Source of the DNA: Pirellulales bacterium
GTDB lineage: Bacteria > Planctomycetota > Planctomycetia > Pirellulales > JAICIG01
Length of the DNA stretch: 63,932 nt
Assembly (NCBI GenBank): GCA_040901675.1
Contig: JBBDYJ010000025.1
Coordinates: 1 to 63,932 of the forward strand
Direction: 5' to 3'
Under the pieces are notes generated by a model. That model was given only the letters and a program-made list of their open reading frames with translations, was not told the DNA's origin and did no database searches. The position numbers and the translations under genes were made by a program. Positions 29,978 to 39,253 of this stretch are shown here, in pieces. Positions within the stretch are counted from its first letter, which is position 1. Each line of letters begins with the position of its first letter.

Positions 29978-32900
29978 CGTGGGGTGCTTTGCAGCGTGGC
30001 GGCCGGGGCGCCATTCGAGCCGGCCACCGCGTATTTGGGATGGATCCGGGCCAGTTCCTCGGCCAGCACGTCGACCGTGTAGCGGATCTGCTCTTCGCTG
30101 TGGCTGGAGGTGATGAAGAAGCGCAGCCGGGCGGCCTGTTCCTCGACGGCCGGGTGCACGATCGGCTGCACATTGACCCCGCGCCGGTTCAAGGCCTGAG
30201 ATAGCTGCAGGCAGTGCAGCGAGTCGCCCAGGATGATCGGCACGACCGGGGAGTCCTTGCTCAGGCCGGTGTTCAAACGGCGTTTCCTGGCCAGCGACAG
30301 GAACAAGGCGGCCCGCTTGTGCAACCGCGCCACGCGCTCGGGTTCGGCTTCGAGCAGCCGGATGGCCGCCAGCGAGGCGGCGGCGTTCGAGGGCGAGATG
30401 CCCACGCTGTAGACGAAACCGGGGGCGGTGTACTTGAGGTACTCGACCACCGGTTTGCAACCGGCGATATAACCGCCGCAACTGCCGAACGACTTGCTGA
30501 GGGTGCCCATCCAGAGATCGACGTCGGCCGGATTGACGTCCCAGTATTCGCCGATGCCGCGGCCGTGCGCGCCGAGCACACCGGCCGAGTGGGCCTCGTC
30601 GACCATCAAGAAAGCCTTGTGCCGTTTCTTGACTTCGATGAAGCGGGGCAGATCGGGGATGTCGCCATCCATGCTGTAGGTGCCTTCGATGGCGATCAGC
30701 ACGCGGCGATAGTCGCCCCGCAGATCGGTCAGCAACTGGTCGACGGCCCGCCAATCGTTGTGCGGGAAGGGGCGGCGGCGCGCTCCGGAGAGGATGCAAC
30801 CCTGGATGATGCTGTTGTGGGCCAGCGCATCGTGCAGGATCAGGTCGCCCGCCCCGAACAGATGTCCCACGGTGGTCTCGTTGGTCGAGTGGCCGCCCAC
30901 GTAGACGATCGAGTCCTCGGCGCCGATGAAATTGGCAATGGCGCGTTCCAGGTCGCGGTGGACGGCTTTTTCGCCGGAGACGAGGCGGCTGGCCGAAACA
31001 CTCGTGCCATAGCGATCGATGGCTTCCTTGGCCGCGCGGGCCACCAGCGGGTCGCCCGACATGCCGACATAGTTGTAGCTGGAGAAGTTGATCAACTCGC
31101 GGCCGTCGATCATGGTGGTATCGTTGGTCACCCGCTGGTGGACGGCAAAGTAGGGGTTGCCCAGGCCCGACTGGTCCAGCATTTCCAGGTTCTGCTTCAA
31201 TCGCAGGTATTCCGGGTAGCGGTCGAAGCGGTAGTGCTCGGCTGGAATGTCGGCATCAGCCGCCTGGCCGGCTTCGACCGCGCCGCCCAGGTACTTTTCG
31301 ACGGCCTCGACCACTTCGCGGCACGTTTCCAACTGGGGCAGCACCTCTTCGGGGAACCGGCCTCCGAAACGCTCCTCGAGCGAAGCCAGGATCTCCATCC
31401 GCTCCAGCGAGTCGAGTCCCAGCTCGACGATGCTCGAATCGAGCGTGAGCCCCTTGGCGCGCTCCTTGGCGATTCGCTGCACCTCGCGCAGCACCTTCTC
31501 GGCGGTGCTGCCGCTCAGAAGGGCTTCCCCGTCCGATTCGAGCGGAGCGTCCGAAGACGTCACACCGGATGCCGCCGCCTCGACCGGAGGCGCGGGAGGC
31601 TGGGCGAAACCGACACCGAAACCGTAAGTGTCATCGGAAAGCTCGCTCTTGGCAAACTCGCTCTGGGCCGATGGACCCGCGGGCCCGGCCGCCAGCGGCG
31701 CGCCCTCCCCGGAAATGAGCAGGCCCTCGGCCGAGCCGTCCCAGCGGCCGACCACGTCGAGGCTGCCCGCCAGGAAGGCGTCGCGGCAGGCGTGCCGTTG
31801 AATCTTGCTGCTCGAGGTCTTGGGAATGCTGCCGGTCTTCACCAGCAGGATCGCATCCAACTGCAACTCGTGCTCGCGGGACACGTCGCGGCGGATTGCG
31901 TCGAAAACCACTTCCAACTCGGCCTGCTGCCGGCGAACGACCTCGTAGACCACAATCAAGCGGGTCTGTTCGGCCACTTCGATGGTAAAGGCGGCGCCAC
32001 AATTGGGGCGCACGGCCGGATGGCTTTTCTCCACGGTGAGCTCGATGTCGTGCGGATAGTGGTTCAGCCCGCGGATGATGATCAGATCCTTCAGACGACC
32101 GGCGACGAACAACTCGCCGTCCTGGAAGAACCCCAAGTCGCCGGTGCGCAGGAAGGGCCCGTCACCGCTATCGACCAGCCGTGCGCCAAAAGTATGCTGC
32201 GTCTCTTCGCGCCGCCTCCAGTAGCCTTGTGCCACGCTGGGGTTGGCCACCCAAATCTCGCCCACCTGCCCCGGGCCACAACGTTGCAACGTCTCCGGGT
32301 CGGCGATCACAATTCTTTCATCAGCCAACTCCTGCCCGGAGCCGACCAGGCGGCGGGCCCCGTCGTCGATGTCGAGGATCGGTGCTTCGATGACGGTGCG
32401 ATTCTCGAGGGCCTTGGAATCGAAGGCGCGGACCACGGGGGGTTGAGCCTTGAGTCCGGCCGATACGAGCAAGGTGGCTTCGGCCAATCCGTAGCAGGGA
32501 TAGAAGGCCTCGCGGCGGAAACCGCAGGGCTCGAAGACCTCCGCGAAGCGGTCCAGCGTCTCGCCGCGGACTGGTTCGGCACCGTTGAAGGCCACGCTCC
32601 AGCAGCTCAGGTCGAGCTTGGCCCGTTGCTCAGGGGTGATCTTGCGGATGCACAGGTCGTAGGCGAAGTTCGGTCCACCGCTGGTGGTGCCCCGATAGCG
32701 CGAAATGGCCTGCAGCCAGCGAAAGGGCCGCTGCAGGAAGGCCATGGGCGACATCAGCACGTTGGGACAGCCCTGGTACAAGGGGGCCAGGATGCCTCCC
32801 ACAAGTCCCATGTCGTGATAACAAGGCAGCCAAAACACCAAACTGCTGGATCGGGTGTGCTCGAAGGCGTGGGCTATCACGGCACAATTGTGCAACAGGT

Positions 32901-33528
32901 TCGAGTGACTCAACATCACGCCTTTGGGCGTGCCCGTCGAACCCGACGTGTACTGCAGGAATGCCAAGGTGCCGCTGTCGACCTCGGGCCGGCGCCAGGC
33001 GTCTTCGAGGCCGTCCGTGGGGCGGTCGGTGGCCAGCCAGGTCAGGCGTTTCAAATCGGGCGTTTCGTCCAGCAGGGGGAGGACCCTTTCGTGGACGGCG
33101 GTCGTGGTGAGGGCGACCCTGGCCTCGGCGTCCAGCGCAATGGAGTGAATGCGATCCAGCGAGCGGTTCATGCGGGGTGGATAGGCCGGCACGGCCACAA
33201 CCCCCGCATAGAGGCAGCCAAAAAAACCGACGATGAACTCCAGCCCTGCCGGGTACAACAACAATGCCCGCTCACCCTGAAGGTTCAACTGCGCGAGGCG
33301 GGACGCCAGGGCACGGGCCTGCCGGTCCAGCTCGGCATACGTGAGCACCACCTCCTCCTGCTCGCCGTCGACCAGAAAGGTGTAGGCCTGCATCCGGGCC
33401 TGGTGATGAGCCCGATGCCGCAGCAGGTCGACCAGCGTCGGCGGGCCGAAGAACGATCCAGGAAACTGTTCGTTGTCCACGACTTCCAAACTCCGCTGTG
33501 AGGTATGCCGCGGGCCGGGTCGATTCAT
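29974..33528 (-). CDS. Fatty acyl-AMP ligase - ACP - PLP alpha-oxoamine synthase (SPT/BioF-like) fusion
   Basis: FLQYTSGSTGTPKG, CYGLAEATL followed by FAAL-type insertion, LRTGDLG, PKTSSSK; ACP LGLDSL; FSSYNY, DEAHS, GTLSKS. Confidence 0.92.
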   Translation of the reverse strand: MNRPGPRHTSQRSLEVVDNEQFPGSFFGPPTLVDLLRHRAHHQARMQAYTFLVDGEQEEVVLTYAELDRQARALASRLAQLNLQGERALLLYPAGLEFIVGFFGCLYAGVVAVPAYPPRMNRSLDRIHSIALDAEARVALTTTAVHERVLPLLDETPDLKRLTWLATDRPTDGLEDAWRRPEVDSGTLAFLQYTSGSTGTPKGVMLSHSNLLHNCAVIAHAFEHTRSSSLVFWLPCYHDMGLVGGILAPLYQGCPNVLMSPMAFLQRPFRWLQAISRYRGTTSGGPNFAYDLCIRKITPEQRAKLDLSCWSVAFNGAEPVRGETLDRFAEVFEPCGFRREAFYPCYGLAEATLLVSAGLKAQPPVVRAFDSKALENRTVIEAPILDIDDGARRLVGSGQELADERIVIADPETLQRCGPGQVGEIWVANPSVAQGYWRRREETQHTFGARLVDSGDGPFLRTGDLGFFQDGELFVAGRLKDLIIIRGLNHYPHDIELTVEKSHPAVRPNCGAAFTIEVAEQTRLIVVYEVVRRQQAELEVVFDAIRRDVSREHELQLDAILLVKTGSIPKTSSSKIQRHACRDAFLAGSLDVVGRWDGSAEGLLISGEGAPLAAGPAGPSAQSEFAKSELSDDTYGFGVGFAQPPAPPVEAAASGVTSSDAPLESDGEALLSGSTAEKVLREVQRIAKERAKGLTLDSSIVELGLDSLERMEILASLEERFGGRFPEEVLPQLETCREVVEAVEKYLGGAVEAGQAADADIPAEHYRFDRYPEYLRLKQNLEMLDQSGLGNPYFAVHQRVTNDTTMIDGRELINFSSYNYVGMSGDPLVARAAKEAIDRYGTSVSASRLVSGEKAVHRDLERAIANFIGAEDSIVYVGGHSTNETTVGHLFGAGDLILHDALAHNSIIQGCILSGARRRPFPHNDWRAVDQLLTDLRGDYRRVLIAIEGTYSMDGDIPDLPRFIEVKKRHKAFLMVDEAHSAGVLGAHGRGIGEYWDVNPADVDLWMGTLSKSFGSCGGYIAGCKPVVEYLKYTAPGFVYSVGISPSNAAASLAAIRLLEAEPERVARLHKRAALFLSLARKRRLNTGLSKDSPVVPIILGDSLHCLQLSQALNRRGVNVQPIVHPAVEEQAARLRFFITSSHSEEQIRYTVDVLAEELARIHPKYAVAGSNGAPAATLQSTPR

Positions 33529-33878
33529 CCGTGGTGAACGGGGGCAACGTTACCCACCGAGCACATGGCACCCACCCCGCGGACACTCCCGCTTTTCCCC
33601 GCATCCTGCGCGGAGACCGGAAACGCAATCAATTTGAACCGCAAAGCCCCTCAACATCCAGGGGAAGGCCCTTCCGCATTCCAGGCCAAGAAGCTCCGCC
33701 GGCCCTCGGCCGACCAGCTAGCTTGTTGGTTGTCAGGGTTTGGAGCCGTCGCGCGGCTGCCGCTGGGGCGGCTCCGTAACGTGGGTAGTCGGGACAGCTT
33801 ACCACGACCAAAAACGGCTTTCAAACGGCTTCACCCCTTTTGGAGGCCCGGCTCCGGTACGGCGATATTCGAGCCTGC

Positions 33879-34045
33879 ACCGGGGTGGGCGGGTGCCCAG
33901 CATCAAGAAACGTAATACTGGGAGCCGATCGCCCCTGCGGCCAGCCCAGGCACTGAGGCTGTATCGGGCTGGCCAGTGGTGGTTGATTGCTCGTCTTCGT
34001 TGGGTCGGCCCAACCGGCAGACGTGCTTCACTTTCGCCCCCTGGT
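33879..34045 (+). ncRNA. Putative 6S RNA-like structured RNA
   Basis: Rod-like fold by eye: ACCGGGG/CCCCTGGT closing stem, A-rich bulge, TGGGAGCCGATC pairing with GGTCGGCCCA, apical GGCCAGCCC/GGGCTGGCC stem; G-U pairs favour the + strand. Confidence 0.45.
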
Positions 34046-34183
34046 ATTTCAGACATCTTACGCAGGAAGGCCCGGTTGGCCAGGCTCGGCCCGCCGGGTT
34101 ACATTCACCGTAAGCGTATAGAGGCGGCGGCCGTTATCAAGAAAAAAGCCTGACAATTGGGCGACCTTTCGGGAAACCAAGAA

Positions 34184-35575
34184 ATGAAGCGGATCGGCAT
34201 TTTAACGGCCGGGGGCGACACGCCTGCCCTGAACGCCACGATCCATGGGGCCGTCGTCCGCGCCAACCAGCTCAAGCTGGAGGTCTACGGGCTGATTAAG
34301 GGCTTTAACAGCCTGTTCAACCCGCGGGTGCCGCACGTGCCCCTCAACCCCCTGTTTCGCGAGATTCCAGAACTGGATCCGACCAAGGGGGGAACGGTTC
34401 TCGGCAGCTCGCGGGACTACATCGACCCCAGCAACCAGCAGGAGTTGGCCGATATCTGCCAGCGGTTGAAGCGACTTGGGATCGAGGGGCTGATCGCCGT
34501 CGGCGGCGACGGCACGCTGAACGGGCTGCAGCCCCTGGCCGATCGTTTTCCGACCGTGTTGGCCCCCAAGACGATCGACAACGACCTGGGGCTGAACTAC
34601 CTGAACGAACCGGACGAGTGGGTCCGCCTGCCCGACGACGCCCAGGGCCGCCCCCGCTACGAGCGCCGGCCTTCGCCGACCCAGTTCAACCTCGAGCAGA
34701 TGATCAACTACGTTACGCCGGGATTCGCCACGGCCGTCTTCGTTTCCGCTTCGGGTGTCGAGCGCGTGCGGACCACGGCCGAGAGCCATCGGCGGATTGC
34801 GATCATCGAGGTGATGGGGCGGCAATCGGGGTATATCGCTTTGGGAGCGGCCTATGGGCAGCCTGACCTGGTGCTGGTGCCCGAGCACCCGTTGGAGCTG
34901 GAGCGGATGGTGGACCGGGTACGGGAGCTGTACGACCTGCAAAAGAACGTGGTGATTGTGTGCGGGGAGGGGATTGTCGACGAGTTGGGGCAGGAGCTGG
35001 GAGCCTGCCAGTCCTCAACCGATCCGGCGGGCAACATGGCCTTGAGCGGCGCGGCCGACGCCTTGCGCACGATGCTGATCGAGCGGCTCGGCGACGAGTT
35101 CTTTCGGGTCAGGCGGCGGGGGCAATCGGCCAAAGAGGCGATTTTTACCCGCAAGATCGGGCATACGCAGCGAGGCGGGCGGCCCCTGATGTTCGACCGG
35201 TTTTATGCGGCCCAGTTGGGCGGCAAGGCCGTGGAAATGCTGTTGGAGGGGCAGAACAACGCCGTGGCCACGCTGCAATGGAACTCGCTGCACGGCTTCC
35301 ATTTAGACAGCCTCCAGGGCAATTGCTTCCGCGACCGGTGGGGGCGGATCCACGCCCGCAGGATGCACCACTCCTTCTACGACCCGCTGACGATGAAGCC
35401 GTCGCGGACCGGTATCGAGTACCTGCTGCCGATCTTCGCCAACGCGATTGGGGCCGACGACGTGGAGTTCATTCGGCAGACCTCGTTCGACTCGGGCAAC
35501 CTCACCCGGGCGTATCACAGCGTAAACACCGACATTGCGAAGAGAATTCATTTTCTGGGGGCGGGCGCCGCTTGA
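34184..35575 (+). CDS. pfkA: 6-phosphofructokinase family protein
   Basis: GILTAGGDTP, GGTVLGSSR, GGDGT, PKTIDND, EVMGR, GHTQRGG. Confidence 0.9.
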   Translation: MKRIGILTAGGDTPALNATIHGAVVRANQLKLEVYGLIKGFNSLFNPRVPHVPLNPLFREIPELDPTKGGTVLGSSRDYIDPSNQQELADICQRLKRLGIEGLIAVGGDGTLNGLQPLADRFPTVLAPKTIDNDLGLNYLNEPDEWVRLPDDAQGRPRYERRPSPTQFNLEQMINYVTPGFATAVFVSASGVERVRTTAESHRRIAIIEVMGRQSGYIALGAAYGQPDLVLVPEHPLELERMVDRVRELYDLQKNVVIVCGEGIVDELGQELGACQSSTDPAGNMALSGAADALRTMLIERLGDEFFRVRRRGQSAKEAIFTRKIGHTQRGGRPLMFDRFYAAQLGGKAVEMLLEGQNNAVATLQWNSLHGFHLDSLQGNCFRDRWGRIHARRMHHSFYDPLTMKPSRTGIEYLLPIFANAIGADDVEFIRQTSFDSGNLTRAYHSVNTDIAKRIHFLGAGAA

Positions 35576-35690
35576 TATGATATGCCTTACGGATCCCAGG
35601 CCGCCACGGAGCGTCCCGGTGTTCAATTCTGGGCCAGGAAGCGCCTTGGCAATGGGTGCGGGAGCTACGGTTTGAAGCCGCGGTTGAACT

Positions 35691-36785
35691 GTGATCCTGT
35701 TGAAGTGCGATTGCGGAAAGACCTTGCAGATCCCGGAAGGGACCGCCGCCAAGAAGGGGAAGTGCCCGTCTTGCGGGCGGGTGTGGCTGTTGCCGGCGGC
35801 CGGCGACGAGCCACCGGCGATTCCCACGCTGCGCGCCACGCTGCGAGGCCACCGCGGCGCGATCGCCGCGGTCGCCTTTTCGTCCGACGCCAAGCTGTTG
35901 GCCACGGCCGCCGGCTCGGAGGGCTCGGCCTCGCCCGATAAGGCCCGCGCCGGGGAGGCGCTGGTGTGGGACGCGGTGGACGGCCGCCCGATGGCCACGC
36001 TGACCGGGCATCGCGACACGATCCGCTGCCTCGCCTTCTCGCCCGACTCGCAGGTGCTGGTCAGCGGCAGCAAAGATCACACGCTGGGCGTTTGGGACGT
36101 GAGCCGCGGCCTGTGGGACTCGGTGGTGGGCGTGCGCGAGCAGTTGCTGCGCGGTCACTTCGGCAAAGTGACCGCCGTGGCCTACCGTGCTGACGGCACG
36201 CTGTTGGCTTCGGGTTCCGACGACCAGACCATCCGGCTGTGGAACACGTCGAGCTGGCAGATGGAGTCGATCGTGGAGACGGGGCGCCGCGGCGCGTGTC
36301 ATCTGACGTTCTCCCCCTGCGGCCGGTACCTGGCGGCCGTGTGGAGCAGCCGCGGGCCGGCCAGGGTGTGGGACGCGACGACGCGGCAGGAGTGCTTGCA
36401 GTTGCGGCTGCGCAGCGAAGAGGATTTTGAGGACTATGGACTTGCATTTTCGCCGGACGGGGGCAAGCTGGCGGTGCTCAGCGCCGACGAGGTGCGGCTC
36501 TGGGACCTCTCGAGCTGCCAGGTGCTGGTGTCGTTCGCCGCCGAGGGGGTCAAGTCGCTTGCGTCCTCTCCGGTGGATAAGCTATTGGCTACCGGCGGCT
36601 GGGAAGTGGCGACGCACGTGGGAATCCGGTTGTGGGACGGGATGACCGGGATGCCCTTGCACGAGTTGCAGGGTCATAACCTGCCGGTGTCGGCAGTCGC
36701 CTTTTCGGCCGACGGCCGCACGCTGGCCAGCGGCAGCCGCGACATGACGGTAAAATTGTGGAGTCTTCCGGCGGTAAAGGCATAA
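35691..36785 (+). CDS. WD40 repeat protein with N-terminal zinc ribbon
   Basis: CDCGK..CPSCG; repeated GH..V..VAFS.DG..LASGS.D.T..LW. Confidence 0.92.
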   Translation: MILLKCDCGKTLQIPEGTAAKKGKCPSCGRVWLLPAAGDEPPAIPTLRATLRGHRGAIAAVAFSSDAKLLATAAGSEGSASPDKARAGEALVWDAVDGRPMATLTGHRDTIRCLAFSPDSQVLVSGSKDHTLGVWDVSRGLWDSVVGVREQLLRGHFGKVTAVAYRADGTLLASGSDDQTIRLWNTSSWQMESIVETGRRGACHLTFSPCGRYLAAVWSSRGPARVWDATTRQECLQLRLRSEEDFEDYGLAFSPDGGKLAVLSADEVRLWDLSSCQVLVSFAAEGVKSLASSPVDKLLATGGWEVATHVGIRLWDGMTGMPLHELQGHNLPVSAVAFSADGRTLASGSRDMTVKLWSLPAVKA

Positions 36786-36803
36786 CAACTTGGAGAACAA
36801 ATC

Positions 36804-37397
36804 ATGGCCGACGTGGCTGAACGAAAGACAAAAGCAGATTTGATTCGCGGGTTCCTGGAGACCAGGCCGGAGGCGAGCACCGCCGAGATCGTCTCGGAGA
36901 TGTCGGGGCAGGGCGTGCCGGTATCGCCGGCGTTGGTCAACGCGGTCAGGTACGACGGCGAGCATGAGCTCCGCCGCCGCTGGGAGAAGATCGAGGGCAA
37001 CTACGACTCGGAGCCCGCCGGCACGCCCCCCGAGCCGAAACCCAAGCGCGGCGCGAAGGCCCAGGCCATTCGCGACACGTTCGAGGCCCTGGGCGAGAGG
37101 GCCAGGCCCAGCCAGGTGATCAAGGAGCTGGCAGGCCGGGGGATCAAGGTCTCCAGCTCGCAAGTCATCGCGGTGCGCAAAGGGCTTCAACGGGCGCAGC
37201 GTGCCAAGCCGCCCGCGCGGCCAGAGCGAGCGGAGCGGGTGAAGGAGTCCGTCCGCAAGGCTGCCGCGCCGGCGATTGATCCGGGGGAGGACTCGATCCC
37301 GCTGGAGCACCTGATCGAAGCCAAGAAGCTGGTGGACAAGCTCGGCGGATTCAAGGCCGCCGAGCGCGCCATTTGGGCGCTGGCCTTGTTGCAATAG
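36804..37397 (+). CDS. Basic hypothetical protein with duplicated HTH-like domain
   Basis: Two KAxxIR...GI/VxVSxxxV units plus C-terminal LIEAKKLVDKLGG; GGAG RBS. Confidence 0.75.
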   Translation: MADVAERKTKADLIRGFLETRPEASTAEIVSEMSGQGVPVSPALVNAVRYDGEHELRRRWEKIEGNYDSEPAGTPPEPKPKRGAKAQAIRDTFEALGERARPSQVIKELAGRGIKVSSSQVIAVRKGLQRAQRAKPPARPERAERVKESVRKAAAPAIDPGEDSIPLEHLIEAKKLVDKLGGFKAAERAIWALALLQ

Positions 37398-37398
37398 T

Positions 37399-38456
37399 AT
37401 GAACGAGCTGTTGTCCATCGCGATCTGGGTCGTTGTGTTGGTCGCTTTGGTTTGGCTGGGAGTGCGGCGCGCACTGCGGTTCTTTCATGGCGGCCGGGCG
37501 GTCGTTGCGACACTGATCAAGGCCCACTTCCGGCCCGTGCCTCTGGACAACATCACGATTTGCCAGCGGCGGTTCCCGTTTCGGGTCCGAGCCGATCTTC
37601 AACGGGCGATCGACCGGCTGTTTGGGGAGCAGACGGTCGTTTGCCATTTTTCCGGCGTGCGCAGCGAGTATTCGGAGGAGGTCGACCTCCCGGCCAGCCT
37701 GATTGAAGGCATAACGGCCGCGCTGACGGTCCCACCCGAGTATGAAGAGATCGACGTCGGCGACGAGCAGCCCGTGAGGTGCCTCAAGAGAATGGCCTTT
37801 GGCTCTTGCGGCAAGGGGACAGCAAATGGGTCGTGTTATTGGGGCCCGTCGGTCAGTACGGTTGCGTGACCGGCATGCAGTTTCAAGTCGCCAGCGAAAA
37901 CAACCCAGATGGCACACAAATCACCCAGGAGTTCTTCAAAAACCTGGAAGACTCCGTTTTGAAGGCCGAATCGTACCGGGGCAAGATTCTCTCGCTGGAA
38001 CAAACGGAGCATTCCTACTCGGGAGAGTCGGCCGGCATCAAGGTCCACAAGCTGCGAACCGTCGAGCGAGAGCAGGTCATCTTGCCGAGCAGGACATTGG
38101 AGCTATTGGACCGCAACCTGATTGGCTTTGTCCGCCAACGGCCGGCCCTGGCTCGATACCGGCAGGCGACGCGGAAGGGACTGTTGTTCTATGGCCCGCC
38201 GGGCACCGGCAAGACACACACCATTCACTACCTGGCAAAGGCCCTCGAAGGGCACACCACGCTGTTGATCACGGCCGAGCAGGTTGCCTTGCTGGGCGAG
38301 TACATGACGCTGGCGCGCAACGGCTCTGGGCGCATCGAGCTGGAAGACATCAACTGCGCTCTCGAAGAAATGTTGTTCTCAGGCGGCTCGCTGAATCTCA
38401 AGCTCCTGGGCGCTGAAGGCCTGGACGAGCGCCAAGAGGAGCGCGTGGAAGCATAG
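37399..38456 (+). pseudogene. AAA ATPase, frameshifted and internally deleted
   Basis: Frame change near 37788 (VRCLK / NGLWLL); Walker A GPPGTGKT present, but the sequence jumps from MTLAR to the C-terminal helix with no Walker B. Confidence 0.75.
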
Positions 38457-38527
38457 GCAGTCATCCACTCGCTTAGCGGGTGCGGCGGCGGCCGATCCAT
38501 AGCAGGGGGCCGCCAGGGACGCGGGTA

Positions 38528-38902
38528 TCAGAAGAACTCGTAAATGAGAAGGCCGAACACGGCTCCGGCAAACCAGAGCAAGAGCCAGGCGACTGCATTG
38601 AGGAGCACCAGGCCGACCCCCCGCCAGCCCCGACTCCAAACAACATAAACAGGGACGAGGGCGGTTCCCGCCAGCAAGAACCATTGGCGCGAAAGGAGCG
38701 GGATGGGCCGCCCCCGCGCTATCGAATCGCCGATCGCCCACCACGCCAGAGGGAGCGTTATCGCCAGGGGCACGAGGAGATGGAGAAACGACTCGTTCCA
38801 GGAATACGCGGAGCGGATGCCGTCCATCGGCGCACAAAGATACCAGGCGGCGAGAAAGACCCAACCAGCGCGGCGCTGCGCCATTGCCGATGCTCCTGCC
38901 AT
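38528..38902 (-). CDS. Hypothetical membrane protein
   Basis: Several TM helices; DSIARG, PVYVVWSRGWRG. Confidence 0.6.
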   Translation of the reverse strand: MAGASAMAQRRAGWVFLAAWYLCAPMDGIRSAYSWNESFLHLLVPLAITLPLAWWAIGDSIARGRPIPLLSRQWFLLAGTALVPVYVVWSRGWRGVGLVLLNAVAWLLLWFAGAVFGLLIYEFF

Positions 38903-39020
38903 GCCCGCCTGGCCGGCTGACGGATTTTGGAAGGGCGGGCCACACAGGTCCAGTTTAGCGGCCGGGTCAAGCAATGATAGCCACCGTCCGGCCGGACCAC
39001 CAAAGATTGGCCCACGCGAT

Positions 39021-39212
39021 TCAGAGTTTCAACGACAACCAAGCCAAGCAGCCCAAGAAAATACCCACAACGATTGGCACGCCGACGACTAAGAGCACGA
39101 GCAAGACGTTGAGCAGAGGATTTCGGCTGTGCACCAGCTTGAATCGGCCAGGCCGCGGCGCCCGGTACGGGTTCTCGGCCTGGCAGTCGTCGGTCTGGTC
39201 AGTCGGTGACAC
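39021..39212 (-). CDS. Small hypothetical membrane protein
   Basis: ENPYRAP motif plus TM helix. Confidence 0.45.
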   Translation of the reverse strand: MSPTDQTDDCQAENPYRAPRPGRFKLVHSRNPLLNVLLVLLVVGVPIVVGIFLGCLAWLSLKL

Positions 39213-39253
39213 GGGGCTGGGCCATCCATTCGTCGACAGTAAGACTGACTAGG

